A stretch of DNA of 64,000 nucleotides, taken from IMG/VR virus record IMGVR_UViG_2869221657_000003, positions 20,732 to 84,731 of that record. One strand, 5' to 3'. This DNA comes from a virus. Lineage: Duplodnaviria; Caudoviricetes. The position numbers were made by a program, and so were the translations under genes. This document shows, one piece after another, positions 19,107 to 26,519 of this stretch (position 1 is its first letter; the number at the start of each line of letters is the position of its first letter). The notes below the pieces were generated by a model. The model was not told where the DNA came from. It did no database searches and saw only the letters and a program-made list of their open reading frames with translations.

Positions 19107-19190
19107 GGTCGTGTGGCGGAATTGGCAGACGCGCCAGCCTCAAAAGCTGGTGGGCTTACGCCCGTGTGAGTCCGAGTCTCACCACGACTA
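19107..19190 (+). tRNA. tRNA-Leu(CAA)
   Basis: Cloverleaf: GGTCGTG/CACGACT, CCAGC-CTCAAAA-GCTGG, long variable arm. Confidence 0.92.
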
Positions 19191-19202
19191 CAACTGAATA
19201 GT

Positions 19203-19278
19203 GCTGCCTTAGCTCAGATGGTAGAGCAGCCGCCTCGTAAGCGGCAGGTCGGCGGTTCGATTCCGCCAGGCAGCTCCA
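19203..19278 (+). tRNA. tRNA-Thr(CGT)
   Basis: GCTGCCT/AGGCAGC, GCCGC-CTCGTAA-GCGGC, TTCGATT, encoded CCA. Confidence 0.95.
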
Positions 19279-19279
19279 G

Positions 19280-19357
19280 CGCGGGGTGGTAGCAGTTAGG
19301 TAGCTTCGCGGCCTCATAAGCCGAAGGTCACAGGTTCAATTCCTGTTCCCGCGACCA
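19280..19357 (+). tRNA. tRNA with CAT anticodon (elongator Met or Ile2)
   Basis: CGCGGGG/TCCCGCG, CTCATAA loop, encoded CCA; C1:G72 is paired, so not initiator-like. Confidence 0.85.
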
Positions 19358-19358
19358 T

Positions 19359-19433
19359 CTGGTTGTAGCTCAGCTTGGTTAGAGCGCTCGCTTTGGATGC
19401 GAGGGGTCGCATGTTCAAATCGTGCCAGCCAGA
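19359..19433 (+). tRNA. tRNA-Pro(TGG)
   Basis: CTGGTTG/CAGCCAG, CTCGC-TTTGGAT-GCGAG, TTCAAAT. Confidence 0.92.
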
Positions 19434-19447
19434 CACTAGGGGGTGTG

Positions 19448-19882
19448 GTGAAACGCTGCGGTAAATGCCAGCAGGAAAAGCCACACTCTGAGTTCAATAA
19501 AAATAAGTCAGCTAAAGATGGTCACCAGGGCCGGTGTCGGCCATGCCAGAAAATCACTGACCGGGCGCACTATCACGGTAGCGACAAGCGAAAGCTGGCG
19601 GTGGCTGCTCAGCGAGTTGCGGCAATTGCTAAGGCTCGGGCGTACGTCGATGGGTGCCTAGCGGCGCAACCATGCGTGGATTGCGGGGAGCGTGACCCTA
19701 TCGTGCTTGAGTTTGATCATGTGCGGGGTGTTAAGCGAAACAACGTTTCGGAAATGGTGCTGGCCGGTTTCGCCGTCCAGACGATAGCTCTTGAGATTGC
19801 CAAGTGCGAGGTCCGGTGCGCCAATTGCCACCGACGTGTTACGCACGCCAGGCGATTGCAAGCGGCTCAATTAGGAGGTTGA
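19448..19882 (+). CDS. HNH endonuclease inside the tRNA array
   Basis: CGKC...CRPC N-terminus, CVDC...LEFDHVRG...CEVRCANCH. Confidence 0.88.
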   Translation: MKRCGKCQQEKPHSEFNKNKSAKDGHQGRCRPCQKITDRAHYHGSDKRKLAVAAQRVAAIAKARAYVDGCLAAQPCVDCGERDPIVLEFDHVRGVKRNNVSEMVLAGFAVQTIALEIAKCEVRCANCHRRVTHARRLQAAQLGG

Positions 19883-19883
19883 T

Positions 19884-20015
19884 ATGACTGATAAGGACCC
19901 GATTAAGGTCGCTAAGGACAAGCTGAATGTGGTTCAGGAGTTGCGTGATCGCAATGAGTGGCCTAAGGCTGAGGCTCCGGACCCGGCTGATTCTGCGGCG
20001 AAGGTCGGCAACTAG
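19884..20015 (+). CDS. Small hypothetical protein (43 aa)
   Basis: AGGAGG RBS, ATG...TAG. Confidence 0.55.
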   Translation: MTDKDPIKVAKDKLNVVQELRDRNEWPKAEAPDPADSAAKVGN

Positions 20016-20019
20016 TGAG

Positions 20020-20365
20020 TTTCAAGTCTTGTAGGGATCACCCTAGCCTTGTGGGCTAGTGGGCCTACCGGTTAGTCCCATCGACTGAACGGGACCGGTG
20101 AGGGAAACCACCGTTATAGCCAACCGCACAAAACTTGGGTCGGTGCAATAGCGGATCGTCAGCCGCGCACACGACGCCTTTATAACCTAGGAACTGTAGC
20201 CCCTAAGTAAAGAGCGCTGACGGAAACCCATTCCGGGATGGGTAGCTACCCAGAGGACGGGTTATCAACTCGCGTGGCCCTGCGGCGAATTGGGCTGTGT
20301 CGGCATGATGCATAATGCGGGCGCATATTCGTTAACCAGGGGCGAAGGTAAATAATCCCTGGTTC
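20020..20365 (+). ncRNA. Candidate large structured ncRNA (GOLLD-like)
   Basis: No ORF in the track; many nested helices; located in a tRNA array next to an HNH gene. Confidence 0.5.
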
Positions 20366-20367
20366 TT

Positions 20368-20440
20368 ATCGCGCTAGCTCAATTGGTAGAGTCCCCGCCT
20401 CCAAAGCGGGTGGATGAGTGTTCAAATCATTCGTGCGGTG
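20368..20440 (+). tRNA. tRNA-Trp(CCA)
   Basis: ATCGCGC/GTGCGGT, CCCGC-CTCCAAA-GCGGG, TTCAAAT. Confidence 0.88.
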
Positions 20441-20496
20441 CTTTTAATGGTCATTCTATGGCCCATTATGCGGGTGTCTGCATCTTTGCGACATAT

Positions 20497-20571
20497 GGCC
20501 CTCTAGCCCAACTGGCAGGAGGCGCGCGCCTTAGAAGCGCGACAGTGAGTGTTCGAATCACTCGGGGGCCA
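20497..20571 (+). tRNA. tRNA-Leu(TAG), short variable loop
   Basis: GGCCCTC/GGGGGCC, CGCGC-CTTAGAA-GCGCG, TTCGAAT. Confidence 0.9.
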
Positions 20572-20643
20572 CGCTAAGTAGCTTAGTGGTAAAGCTCCCG
20601 ACTGTGACTCGGGCGTCGACTGTTCGATTCAGTCCTTAAGCCA
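20572..20643 (+). tRNA. tRNA-His(GTG), imperfect acceptor stem
   Basis: CCCGA-CTGTGAC-TCGGG, GACTG-TTCGATT-CAGTC. Confidence 0.8.
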
Positions 20644-20644
20644 C

Positions 20645-20718
20645 GCGCGGGTAGCTCAGTTGGTTAGAGCACTGCCCTGATAAGGCGGGGGTCCGGGGTT
20701 CAATTCCCTGCTTGCGTA
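20645..20718 (+). tRNA. tRNA-Ile(GAT)
   Basis: GCGCGGG/CTTGCGT, CTGCC-CTGATAA-GGCGG. Confidence 0.9.
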
Positions 20719-20785
20719 CGCGTTTATTTGTCAGTAGCGCGAGGTATTGACGTTTTATTGACCGGTAGCACAATTAGGCGGGTAC

Positions 20786-20929
20786 ATGTCAGATAAGACG
20801 TTTTATCGGTTATGCACAGCGTGGGTGATCTTTATGGCCGTGCTGATTACGATTCCGGTGGCTACCGGGGTTGTTGGGGTGGTTTACCACTTGTTTGATC
20901 CGGATTGCCCAACGGTGATCTGCACTTAG
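20786..20929 (+). CDS. Small membrane protein (47 aa)
   Basis: MSDKTFYRLCTAWVIFMAVLITIPVATGVVGVVY, one long hydrophobic segment. Confidence 0.55.
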   Translation: MSDKTFYRLCTAWVIFMAVLITIPVATGVVGVVYHLFDPDCPTVICT

Positions 20930-20971
20930 ATATACACACACGTATTCAATGCTGGCTTACTTGGGGGTGGA

Positions 20972-21664
20972 GTGTCTAAGGTTCTTAGCCTGTATGGCAC
21001 TCGTAGCTCACAGTTTTGGTCTGAGGCTCCGGCCAAGATGGACGCGTTGAATCTGCGTGCGATCTTCCCATCGGATAACGCGTTCGGCTTCCCTGATCTG
21101 GAGCGGTGTGATTGGGTGCCTGATTATCTGGGTGCTTGGCATATGCCGCGTCAGCGTGAGCGTGCAGCTCGGGAGAACGGCGCTATTCATTTCTTTTTGG
21201 ACGACTACCGCTTTGAGACTGCGTTTACGAGCCCTGAGAGGACCGTAGGCAGAGTTTTGGCGGTGGGTGGGGCACTGACCCCCGATTTCAGTTTGTGGCG
21301 TGACATGCCGCGTGCAGCGCAGATTTGGAACGTGTACCGGTCCCGTTGGTGTGGGGCGTTCTGGCAAGGCCAGGGCGTGAGGGTCATTCCTACTGTGTGC
21401 TGGGCTCGTCCGGACACGTACGACTTCTGCTTTGAGGGGTTGCCTCGCGGCGGCGTGGTGGCTGTGTCTGCGTTGGGTGTGCGTGCGACTGAGGAAGATC
21501 AGACGTGGTTCCAGATGGGGCTAAGTGAGATGGTGTCTCGGCTTGAGCCGGCGATTGTGCTTAGCTATGGGAAGTTGCGTTATGTGGAGGGTTTGGATTT
21601 GCCTGTGGTGAAAGAGTTTCCGACGTTTTGGGATGAGCGCCGTAAGGTGCTTAAGGGAGAGTAA
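20972..21664 (+). CDS. DUF4417-family protein
   Basis: HFFLDDYRFE, TPDFSLWRDMP, QIWNVYRSRW, VIPTVCW, FCFEG, AVS motifs. Confidence 0.85.
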   Translation: MSKVLSLYGTRSSQFWSEAPAKMDALNLRAIFPSDNAFGFPDLERCDWVPDYLGAWHMPRQRERAARENGAIHFFLDDYRFETAFTSPERTVGRVLAVGGALTPDFSLWRDMPRAAQIWNVYRSRWCGAFWQGQGVRVIPTVCWARPDTYDFCFEGLPRGGVVAVSALGVRATEEDQTWFQMGLSEMVSRLEPAIVLSYGKLRYVEGLDLPVVKEFPTFWDERRKVLKGE

Positions 21665-21744
21665 AGCAGGCCGTTAGAGTGCCGACTAGTCTTGAAAACT
21701 AGGTGTCCCTGTGAGGGGACTGGGGGGCGGGTCCTCTGCTCTCC
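21656..21744 (+). tRNA. tRNA-Ser(TGA)-like, non-canonical T-loop (possibly degenerate)
   Basis: GGAGAGT/GCTCTCC, CTAGT-CTTGAAA-ACTAG, long variable arm, G73; T-loop is G-rich instead of TTCGA. Confidence 0.6.
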
Positions 21745-21890
21745 GCTTCTAGCTGGTGTTGCTGTTCTTTTACTTGGCCGATTCGGAAGGTGTAGCCGAG
21801 TATGGCGGCGATTAGCAGGAATGCTGCTAGGTGCCATGTTTCGAGCGTTACTGGTAGATACCAGAATGCGGTGGTGATGTCACCTTCCAT
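21699..21890 (-). CDS. Putative small single-pass membrane protein
   Basis: MEGDITTAFWYLPVTLETWHLAAFLLIAAILGYTF; GGGGGA upstream of the ATG. Confidence 0.4.
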   Translation of the reverse strand: MEGDITTAFWYLPVTLETWHLAAFLLIAAILGYTFRIGQVKEQQHQLEAESRGPAPQSPHRDT

Positions 21891-21968
21891 TGTGGCTTTT
21901 CCCCCGGTTTCGGTTTTGTTTTCGCGTATGTTATCGCACCTGTGTGGTTCCTGCAAGGGTGCTGTGGT

Positions 21969-22044
21969 GCCGCTGTGGCTGAATGGTTAGGCTGCCGCCC
22001 GCAAAGCGGTTTATTCCGGTTCGATTCCGGGGGGGGGGGCGGCT
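21969..22044 (+). tRNA. tRNA-Cys(GCA) with an expanded G11 run
   Basis: GCCGC-CCGCAAA-GCGGT, CCGG-TTCGATT-CCGG; 11 G where about 6 are expected. Confidence 0.7.
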
Positions 22045-22056
22045 CTTTATTGACAT

Positions 22057-22129
22057 TGGCATGTAGCTCAATTGGCAGAGCACTAGATTGTTAATCTGGG
22101 GGATGCAGGTTCGACCCCTGCGATGTCAG
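22057..22129 (+). tRNA. tRNA-Asn(GTT)
   Basis: CTAGA-TTGTTAA-TCTGG, GCAGG-TTCGACC-CCTGC. Confidence 0.9.
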
Positions 22130-22139
22130 CTTTAGAAAG

Positions 22140-22212
22140 TGCGCCCACTAGGGATCGAACCTAGGACCCGAAGATTAAAAGTCTCCTGCTCTACCAACTG
22201 AGCTATAGGCGC
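22140..22212 (-). tRNA. Phage tRNA-Lys(TTT), opposite strand to the rest of the array
   Basis: Reverse complement: GCGCCTA/TGGGCGC, GGAGA-CTTTTAA-TCTTC, CTAGG-TTCGATC-CCTAG. Confidence 0.95.
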
Positions 22213-22223
22213 TTGCGGCACGA

Positions 22224-22571
22224 TCATACCCCCTGCGTTTCGGCCATCTCGTCGTAGGTGTCGAACAGCTCCGGCCAGTCATCTCCGGGCTGGAAGACGC
22301 TGCCGGGTAAGCGGTTCGTTACTACGGCTAGCCTCATGCCGATGTGCTCTATCCCTACGGTTGCAAGCCAGCCTGCGCAAGCCTGTTCCTTACCTTCGTC
22401 TGTCTTGTGGCAGGCGAAGATGGGTGAGCCTAAGGGGCGTTCGTGCCCGGCCTCTCCGGCGGTGCTGCGGAGCGCTTCGTAGCGTTCTGCGGGGAACTTG
22501 CCGGGTGGGGTGTCGCGCCGCCAGGGGCATTCGTTGCATGGGTAGCGCTTGTGCGGGAGTGATCCGGTCAT
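22224..22571 (-). CDS. DUF6283-like Cys-rich protein
   Basis: PCNECPWRRD...FACHKT...CAGWL. Confidence 0.75.
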   Translation of the reverse strand: MTGSLPHKRYPCNECPWRRDTPPGKFPAERYEALRSTAGEAGHERPLGSPIFACHKTDEGKEQACAGWLATVGIEHIGMRLAVVTNRLPGSVFQPGDDWPELFDTYDEMAETQGV

Positions 22572-22578
22572 GTCCTAT

Positions 22579-22607
22579 ACAGTACGGGAGCCGTACGCCT
22601 TTGTCAA
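22579..22607 (-). promoter_or_regulatory. SigA-type promoter, leaderless mRNA, overlapped by GTAC-N7-GTAC
   Basis: TTGACA-17-TACTGT with 7 nt between the -10 and the ATG at 22571. Confidence 0.8.
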
Positions 22608-22880
22608 CTACCTATTAGCCCAATAGCGCAATTCGATCTCTTTATCTTGGCACTTCTCGACTAAGGGCCTTAGGTCGGCTATCTCCTCGCGGAGAACTTC
22701 AATGACGATCTTTAGTTGGTCGAATTCGTGTGCTGCCTTGCGAATGTTTTGGGTGGCTTGCCACAAGGTCGGCCAGCTGCTTTGAACGTCCGACATCACG
22801 CGTCGGTGATAGTCGGGCTGGGGACCTTGATCGGTGATCGCGGCCTCTAGCTGCTCTAATGCCGCCTTAAGGTCACTCAT
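22608..22880 (-). CDS. Hypothetical coiled-coil protein
   Basis: Coupled leftward ORF. Confidence 0.55.
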   Translation of the reverse strand: MSDLKAALEQLEAAITDQGPQPDYHRRVMSDVQSSWPTLWQATQNIRKAAHEFDQLKIVIEVLREEIADLRPLVEKCQDKEIELRYWANR

Positions 22881-23206
22881 TCCTGCACCACCCAATGAAT
22901 GCGAGCCGCTAACAGTTCCGGCTTATCCTCGCGGCCAAGTTCCGCATAACGGATAACCAGGTGGTTGTAGAAGCCGCGCACTTCATCCTCATTCCGGGAT
23001 ATGGACGATATGCGGGGTTCAAAGCCCTTTTCGGACCAACGCACGGCCCAGATCGGCCCGCCCGCGTAGACACCGGCCACGCCGGTTGTGCTGCCGGGCT
23101 TGTGCTTGTCTTTGCATTCCTGGCACCAGCCGCCCCTTAGTAGGGACTTGCCGCCAATCTGGCACTTAATGCAAATGCCTACGCCTATAGGCTTAGCCTT
23201 AGTCAT
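22877..23206 (-). CDS. Hypothetical protein with a zinc motif
   Basis: CIKC...CQEC. Confidence 0.55.
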   Translation of the reverse strand: MTKAKPIGVGICIKCQIGGKSLLRGGWCQECKDKHKPGSTTGVAGVYAGGPIWAVRWSEKGFEPRISSISRNEDEVRGFYNHLVIRYAELGREDKPELLAARIHWVVQE

Positions 23207-23441
23207 CTTCGTTCCACCTTTCGCCCGCGTACGTTGGGTCAAACCAACTTGGCGGGGTGTCTGTGTCGGGGTACTGCTGGCGGATCGCGTCGATGCGTGG
23301 CTGGACCCGTTCGACGTATGTGCCGTAGTGGCGTGTGCAGCGGGGGTACAGCTCGCCGCTGCCTGATAGGGCTTCGTAGCGGTTCACCGGCCCCTGGCAT
23401 GGCCCGTACTCGTCAATGTGGGCGTCTACGCAGTTGTCCAC
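23199..23441 (-). CDS. Hypothetical protein
   Basis: C-x9-C...RCTRH; coupled ORF. Confidence 0.6.
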   Translation of the reverse strand: MDNCVDAHIDEYGPCQGPVNRYEALSGSGELYPRCTRHYGTYVERVQPRIDAIRQQYPDTDTPPSWFDPTYAGERWNEDD

Positions 23442-23470
23442 GGTCTAGCACCTTTCGTCACTGTGACAGA

Positions 23471-24331
23471 TTAGGCTGCGTCGGCCTTGACCAGGCCCAG
23501 CTGCTTCAACACGGCTGGCACAAACTTCCCGGCCTGACTGTCGCTTGAAATGACTGGGATGTAAATCGAGTATGGGGGAAAGTCGTCCATGTCTTGAGCG
23601 GCGTGGACGGGCATACCGTAGCTGCCGCTGTGCGCGATGCCGCAGGCCCTACGCACTTCGCTTGAGTGGTTGTGCATTGCGTTGAAGATGTGACTCCGCA
23701 GGAATGACGGGTGAGTCAGTGCGTACATGAACATGCCCACGTCGAACGGTTCACCGGCCCGCTTGAGCTTAACGGCGGTGCGAGCCCAAACCTTTGTGCC
23801 GCCGCGAGAGCCCCGGACGTGATTGTCCGCCCAGATTTCAGCTTGCAGGCCGCATGTCTCGATGGCTTCAACTAGCGCCATCATTGACTGGCCGTTCTTC
23901 TTAATGGCGTCAGCGCTAATGCCGCAGTTGTACGAGATATTCATAATGAGTGTGACGATGTTGGACTTGCCGGGTTCGTCGGTGGGGAAGTACGTCACCA
24001 TGCATTCGGGGGTGCCGTCCACGAATCGGCCCATGTCTACGAATGACCCGCTGGTGTCGTAGAACTCGTCAAAGACTGGCCGGATGAGGTCGCCAGCGAC
24101 GTGTGAGACGTGATCGTGTGCGAGGTTGATTGCTTCAACGCCGTCTCGCGGTAGACCCCGGCGGGCCATAGCGTCGGCTTCTTTCATGTTGGCGGCACCG
24201 TAGAACGTGCTGTTCATTGCCGCGCTGCGGTGGTCGTGCTCGCGGTTATGGTCGATTAGCTCGGTGAACGATTCAAACATGACAACTGAGCGGTTGCGTC
24301 CGTCTTCCTCTACCCGCCTGTCAACGCGCAT
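23471..24331 (-). CDS. vWA-like partner protein of a MoxR-type AAA+ ATPase, paralogue 1
   Basis: Shares D.xGS.VDMGRF.DGTPECMV and later motifs with 26520..27359. Confidence 0.6.
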   Translation of the reverse strand: MRVDRRVEEDGRNRSVVMFESFTELIDHNREHDHRSAAMNSTFYGAANMKEADAMARRGLPRDGVEAINLAHDHVSHVAGDLIRPVFDEFYDTSGSFVDMGRFVDGTPECMVTYFPTDEPGKSNIVTLIMNISYNCGISADAIKKNGQSMMALVEAIETCGLQAEIWADNHVRGSRGGTKVWARTAVKLKRAGEPFDVGMFMYALTHPSFLRSHIFNAMHNHSSEVRRACGIAHSGSYGMPVHAAQDMDDFPPYSIYIPVISSDSQAGKFVPAVLKQLGLVKADAA

Positions 24332-24393
24332 GGTTAAGCCACCTTAGAGTTTTTGGAATAAGTTTTGTTTAGGAGAGGGAAACGGAGAGGCGA

Positions 24394-24771
24394 CTATTCG
24401 CCGCCCCTCCGTTCCACTATCTCGATCACCTTGTCAAGAACGGGCAGGGTGTCCCCGTTCCTGTCTGCGCCACCAGTCACCACAACCACGCCGCAGAGGC
24501 GATCAATGCCGACAGCATCAGGGTTCAGAGCCCACCAAAGGGCTGTGGCCTGCGTGTTTATCGGCTGGGATTGAAGTTTACCGTGTTCACCAAGCATGAA
24601 CGCGACATCTGCCCGTTCGGCGTTCGCGTCGGTCCATCCGTAGACGGCCTCAAGGTCGTCACCGATTGTGCTGCGCATGAACCGGTACAGGTCCATATCG
24701 TCGCCGGGCACGGCCACGACTTCGTGTGTACGGTCCGTCTTGAGGACCAAGACTTTGGTTTCGCTGCTCAT
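24394..24771 (-). CDS. DUF3846-like protein
   Basis: EHGKLQSQPINTQAT...LCGVVVVTG. Confidence 0.7.
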   Translation of the reverse strand: MSSETKVLVLKTDRTHEVVAVPGDDMDLYRFMRSTIGDDLEAVYGWTDANAERADVAFMLGEHGKLQSQPINTQATALWWALNPDAVGIDRLCGVVVVTGGADRNGDTLPVLDKVIEIVERRGGE

Positions 24772-24778
24772 GTCACCT

Positions 24779-24807
24779 ACAGTACGTCAGCCGTACGCTG
24801 ATGTCAA
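24779..24807 (-). promoter_or_regulatory. SigA-type promoter, leaderless mRNA, overlapped by GTAC-N7-GTAC
   Basis: TTGACA-17-TACTGT with 7 nt between the -10 and the ATG at 24771. Confidence 0.8.
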
Positions 24808-25037
24808 GCCTTTGATTTTGGGGGTTTCGGGGGAGGCGGTTCCGGGTTAAACCGGGGGTTGCCTCCAGCTGCGATAACCTGCAAGTTGCCACGCGGAAAC
24901 TTAGTAACGAACTCAAGTTCGTTGTATGAGTAGCCGGTGGCTTTAGCTTCGCGTATCAGATCATAGAGGGCGATGATGGCGGCGGCTATCTCGAAGGTTT
25001 GGGCACCTATGGTGTCTAAGGTGGCGTCAGTAGCCAT
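24804..25037 (-). CDS. Small HTH-like protein
   Basis: LIREAKATGYSYNELEFVTKFPRGNLQVIAAG. Confidence 0.5.
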   Translation of the reverse strand: MATDATLDTIGAQTFEIAAAIIALYDLIREAKATGYSYNELEFVTKFPRGNLQVIAAGGNPRFNPEPPPPKPPKSKA

Positions 25038-25221
25038 GCTCGGAGAGTACACGCTCACCATCGTTTACCTCTCTTAAGCGTTGGTCGATTTTGTCGATTC
25101 GTTCCTGGCGCTGTGTGATCTCTTGCACTAGTTCGATGCGCTCTTGTGTGAGTCGCAGGCGTTCCTGCTGGAGCATGAGCGCGGCGGCGCTGTTGGGGAT
25201 GTCAGGGAGGACGTTAGACAT
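25027..25221 (-). CDS. Small coiled-coil protein
   Basis: Gln/Glu/Arg-rich heptad pattern. Confidence 0.55.
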   Translation of the reverse strand: MSNVLPDIPNSAAALMLQQERLRLTQERIELVQEITQRQERIDKIDQRLREVNDGERVLSEHGY

Positions 25222-25229
25222 GCGTACAA

Positions 25230-25499
25230 CTATTTCACAGCCTCAGCCAGCGCCTTAGCTAGATGCTCAAAGTAGGGCAGTACCGGCTGGTTGCATAAAT
25301 CCAGTCTGACCAGCGTGTTCTTGATGACCATCTGCTCGGATGCGGACACGCCTTTGGCTACTTCTACTACGACTTCCAGGGGGATGCTGTGCCACTTCCA
25401 CGGGCCACCGTCCGGTGTGTCGATGTGGAACGTATGGTGTAGGTCTACGCCTTTCTCGTCTAGGAAGGTGTCGATCCACTTGCCGAACGCGGTCATCAC
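25230..25499 (-). CDS. Hypothetical phage protein
   Basis: WIDTFLDEKG...EQMVIKNTLVRLD...FEHLA; coupled ORF. Confidence 0.6.
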   Translation of the reverse strand: MMTAFGKWIDTFLDEKGVDLHHTFHIDTPDGGPWKWHSIPLEVVVEVAKGVSASEQMVIKNTLVRLDLCNQPVLPYFEHLAKALAEAVK

Positions 25500-25675
25500 G
25501 CAACCGCCATCGCGGCGTCGGTCATAGGCTTGAGGCCCAAGGTGCCCTTGCTGGTCACGGGTGCCTCCAGCTGGGGGTGTGGCTCACTGGGGAACGTGTA
25601 GCTCACGGTGCCGTCTTCGGCCTGGTGCATGACGGTGAAACCTGTCGGGCTGACCCACTTCACGGTGTTTGTCAT
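25496..25675 (-). CDS. Hypothetical protein
   Basis: Leaderless ORF downstream of a promoter. Confidence 0.5.
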   Translation of the reverse strand: MTNTVKWVSPTGFTVMHQAEDGTVSYTFPSEPHPQLEAPVTSKGTLGLKPMTDAAMAVA

Positions 25676-25682
25676 GGTTGCC

Positions 25683-25712
25683 ACGGTACGGCTGCCGTAC
25701 TCGGGGTGTCAA
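25683..25712 (-). promoter_or_regulatory. SigA-type promoter, leaderless mRNA, overlapped by GTAC-N7-GTAC
   Basis: TTGACA-18-TACCGT with 7 nt between the -10 and the ATG at 25675. Confidence 0.75.
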
Positions 25713-25860
25713 GTTTTTCGGGATTGCCAATTTTTTGGATTCGCAATTTCCTTAGCGCGCGTTAGGTGCGCCAATTTTTCAATTTCCAATTTTTCCAATT
25801 TCTTGGGGGCGTGCCGGGGCCGGTGCGGAACCGAGCAGCACTCACCGAACGGGGGCGATG

Positions 25861-26355
25861 ATGGGCGGACGTGGCGGCGGCGGATCGGGCGGCGGCTCAG
25901 GATCGGGCGGTAACAGTAACGCGGACTTGCCACTAAACGACCAGGGCAAGCTAAGCGACCTAAGCGATAAGGGGACCGCTAGCGAAGCTGCGGACGCGCT
26001 AGGGCTAACACCTGACGAGAAAGAACACTTTGAGAACGGGGCGGACGCTAATGACCGGCGGATGCCTAAGCCCGCTAAGCCGGGGGCGGGTAAGAAACCG
26101 AGCAGGTCCGTCGACGCTGGCGAACTGGCCGACGCTCACAAGCGGGCCGTTGCGGCATACGCACGCAAGCACGGGCGTAAAGCGGCACGGGCATACTCAC
26201 GCGGCGCTTACTGGTCACTGGTACGCGCAATCAAGACAACGCTCGCGGTTGCGTCCACGGGTGGTCAGGTTGCGAGCGCACCAACGCACGCGGCGGTCAA
26301 CTCGGCGCTACTCGCGGCCTACTGGACCGATAAGTTCAAAAGGGCGGCACGCTAA
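25861..26355 (+). CDS. MGGRG-leader, Gly/Ser-linker basic protein
   Basis: MGGRGGGGSGGGSGSGG N-terminus; the only plausible rightward gene in the leftward region. Confidence 0.65.
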   Translation: MGGRGGGGSGGGSGSGGNSNADLPLNDQGKLSDLSDKGTASEAADALGLTPDEKEHFENGADANDRRMPKPAKPGAGKKPSRSVDAGELADAHKRAVAAYARKHGRKAARAYSRGAYWSLVRAIKTTLAVASTGGQVASAPTHAAVNSALLAAYWTDKFKRAAR

Positions 26356-26470
26356 ACCGTCAGCGCTATCCGTAAGGGTGGCTGTAGTCAACGCTAAGCG
26401 ACTAACGGGCGTGCCCTAGTGGGAATGGATGCCGGAAACGCTTAGAAACGCACTGAGACGCCAATGCAGA

Positions 26471-26501
26471 AACGCCCCGCCTGGTAATCAGGCGGGGCGT
26501 T
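26471..26501. terminator. Hairpin between convergent genes
   Basis: aacgccccgcctg-gtaat-caggcggggcgtt. Confidence 0.75.
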
Positions 26502-26519
26502 CCGTACTGCGGTTTGGCG

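Noticed and set aside
19280-19357. Initiator tRNA-fMet call
   Set aside because: C1:G72 is paired and the three consecutive G-C pairs in the anticodon stem are absent.
20020-20365. tmRNA, RNase P RNA or group I intron identity for the structured segment
   Set aside because: No tRNA-Ala-like ends or tag ORF, no GAGGAAAGUCC core, and the flanking tRNAs are uninterrupted.
20383-20577. 64-aa ORF in the tRNA array
   Set aside because: Overlaps tRNA-Trp and tRNA-Leu.
21785-21889. tRNA-Sec-like appearance (GGAAGGTG...CACCTTCC-A 8-bp stem)
   Set aside because: No UCA anticodon loop and no T-loop at the expected positions; kept only as an mRNA stem.
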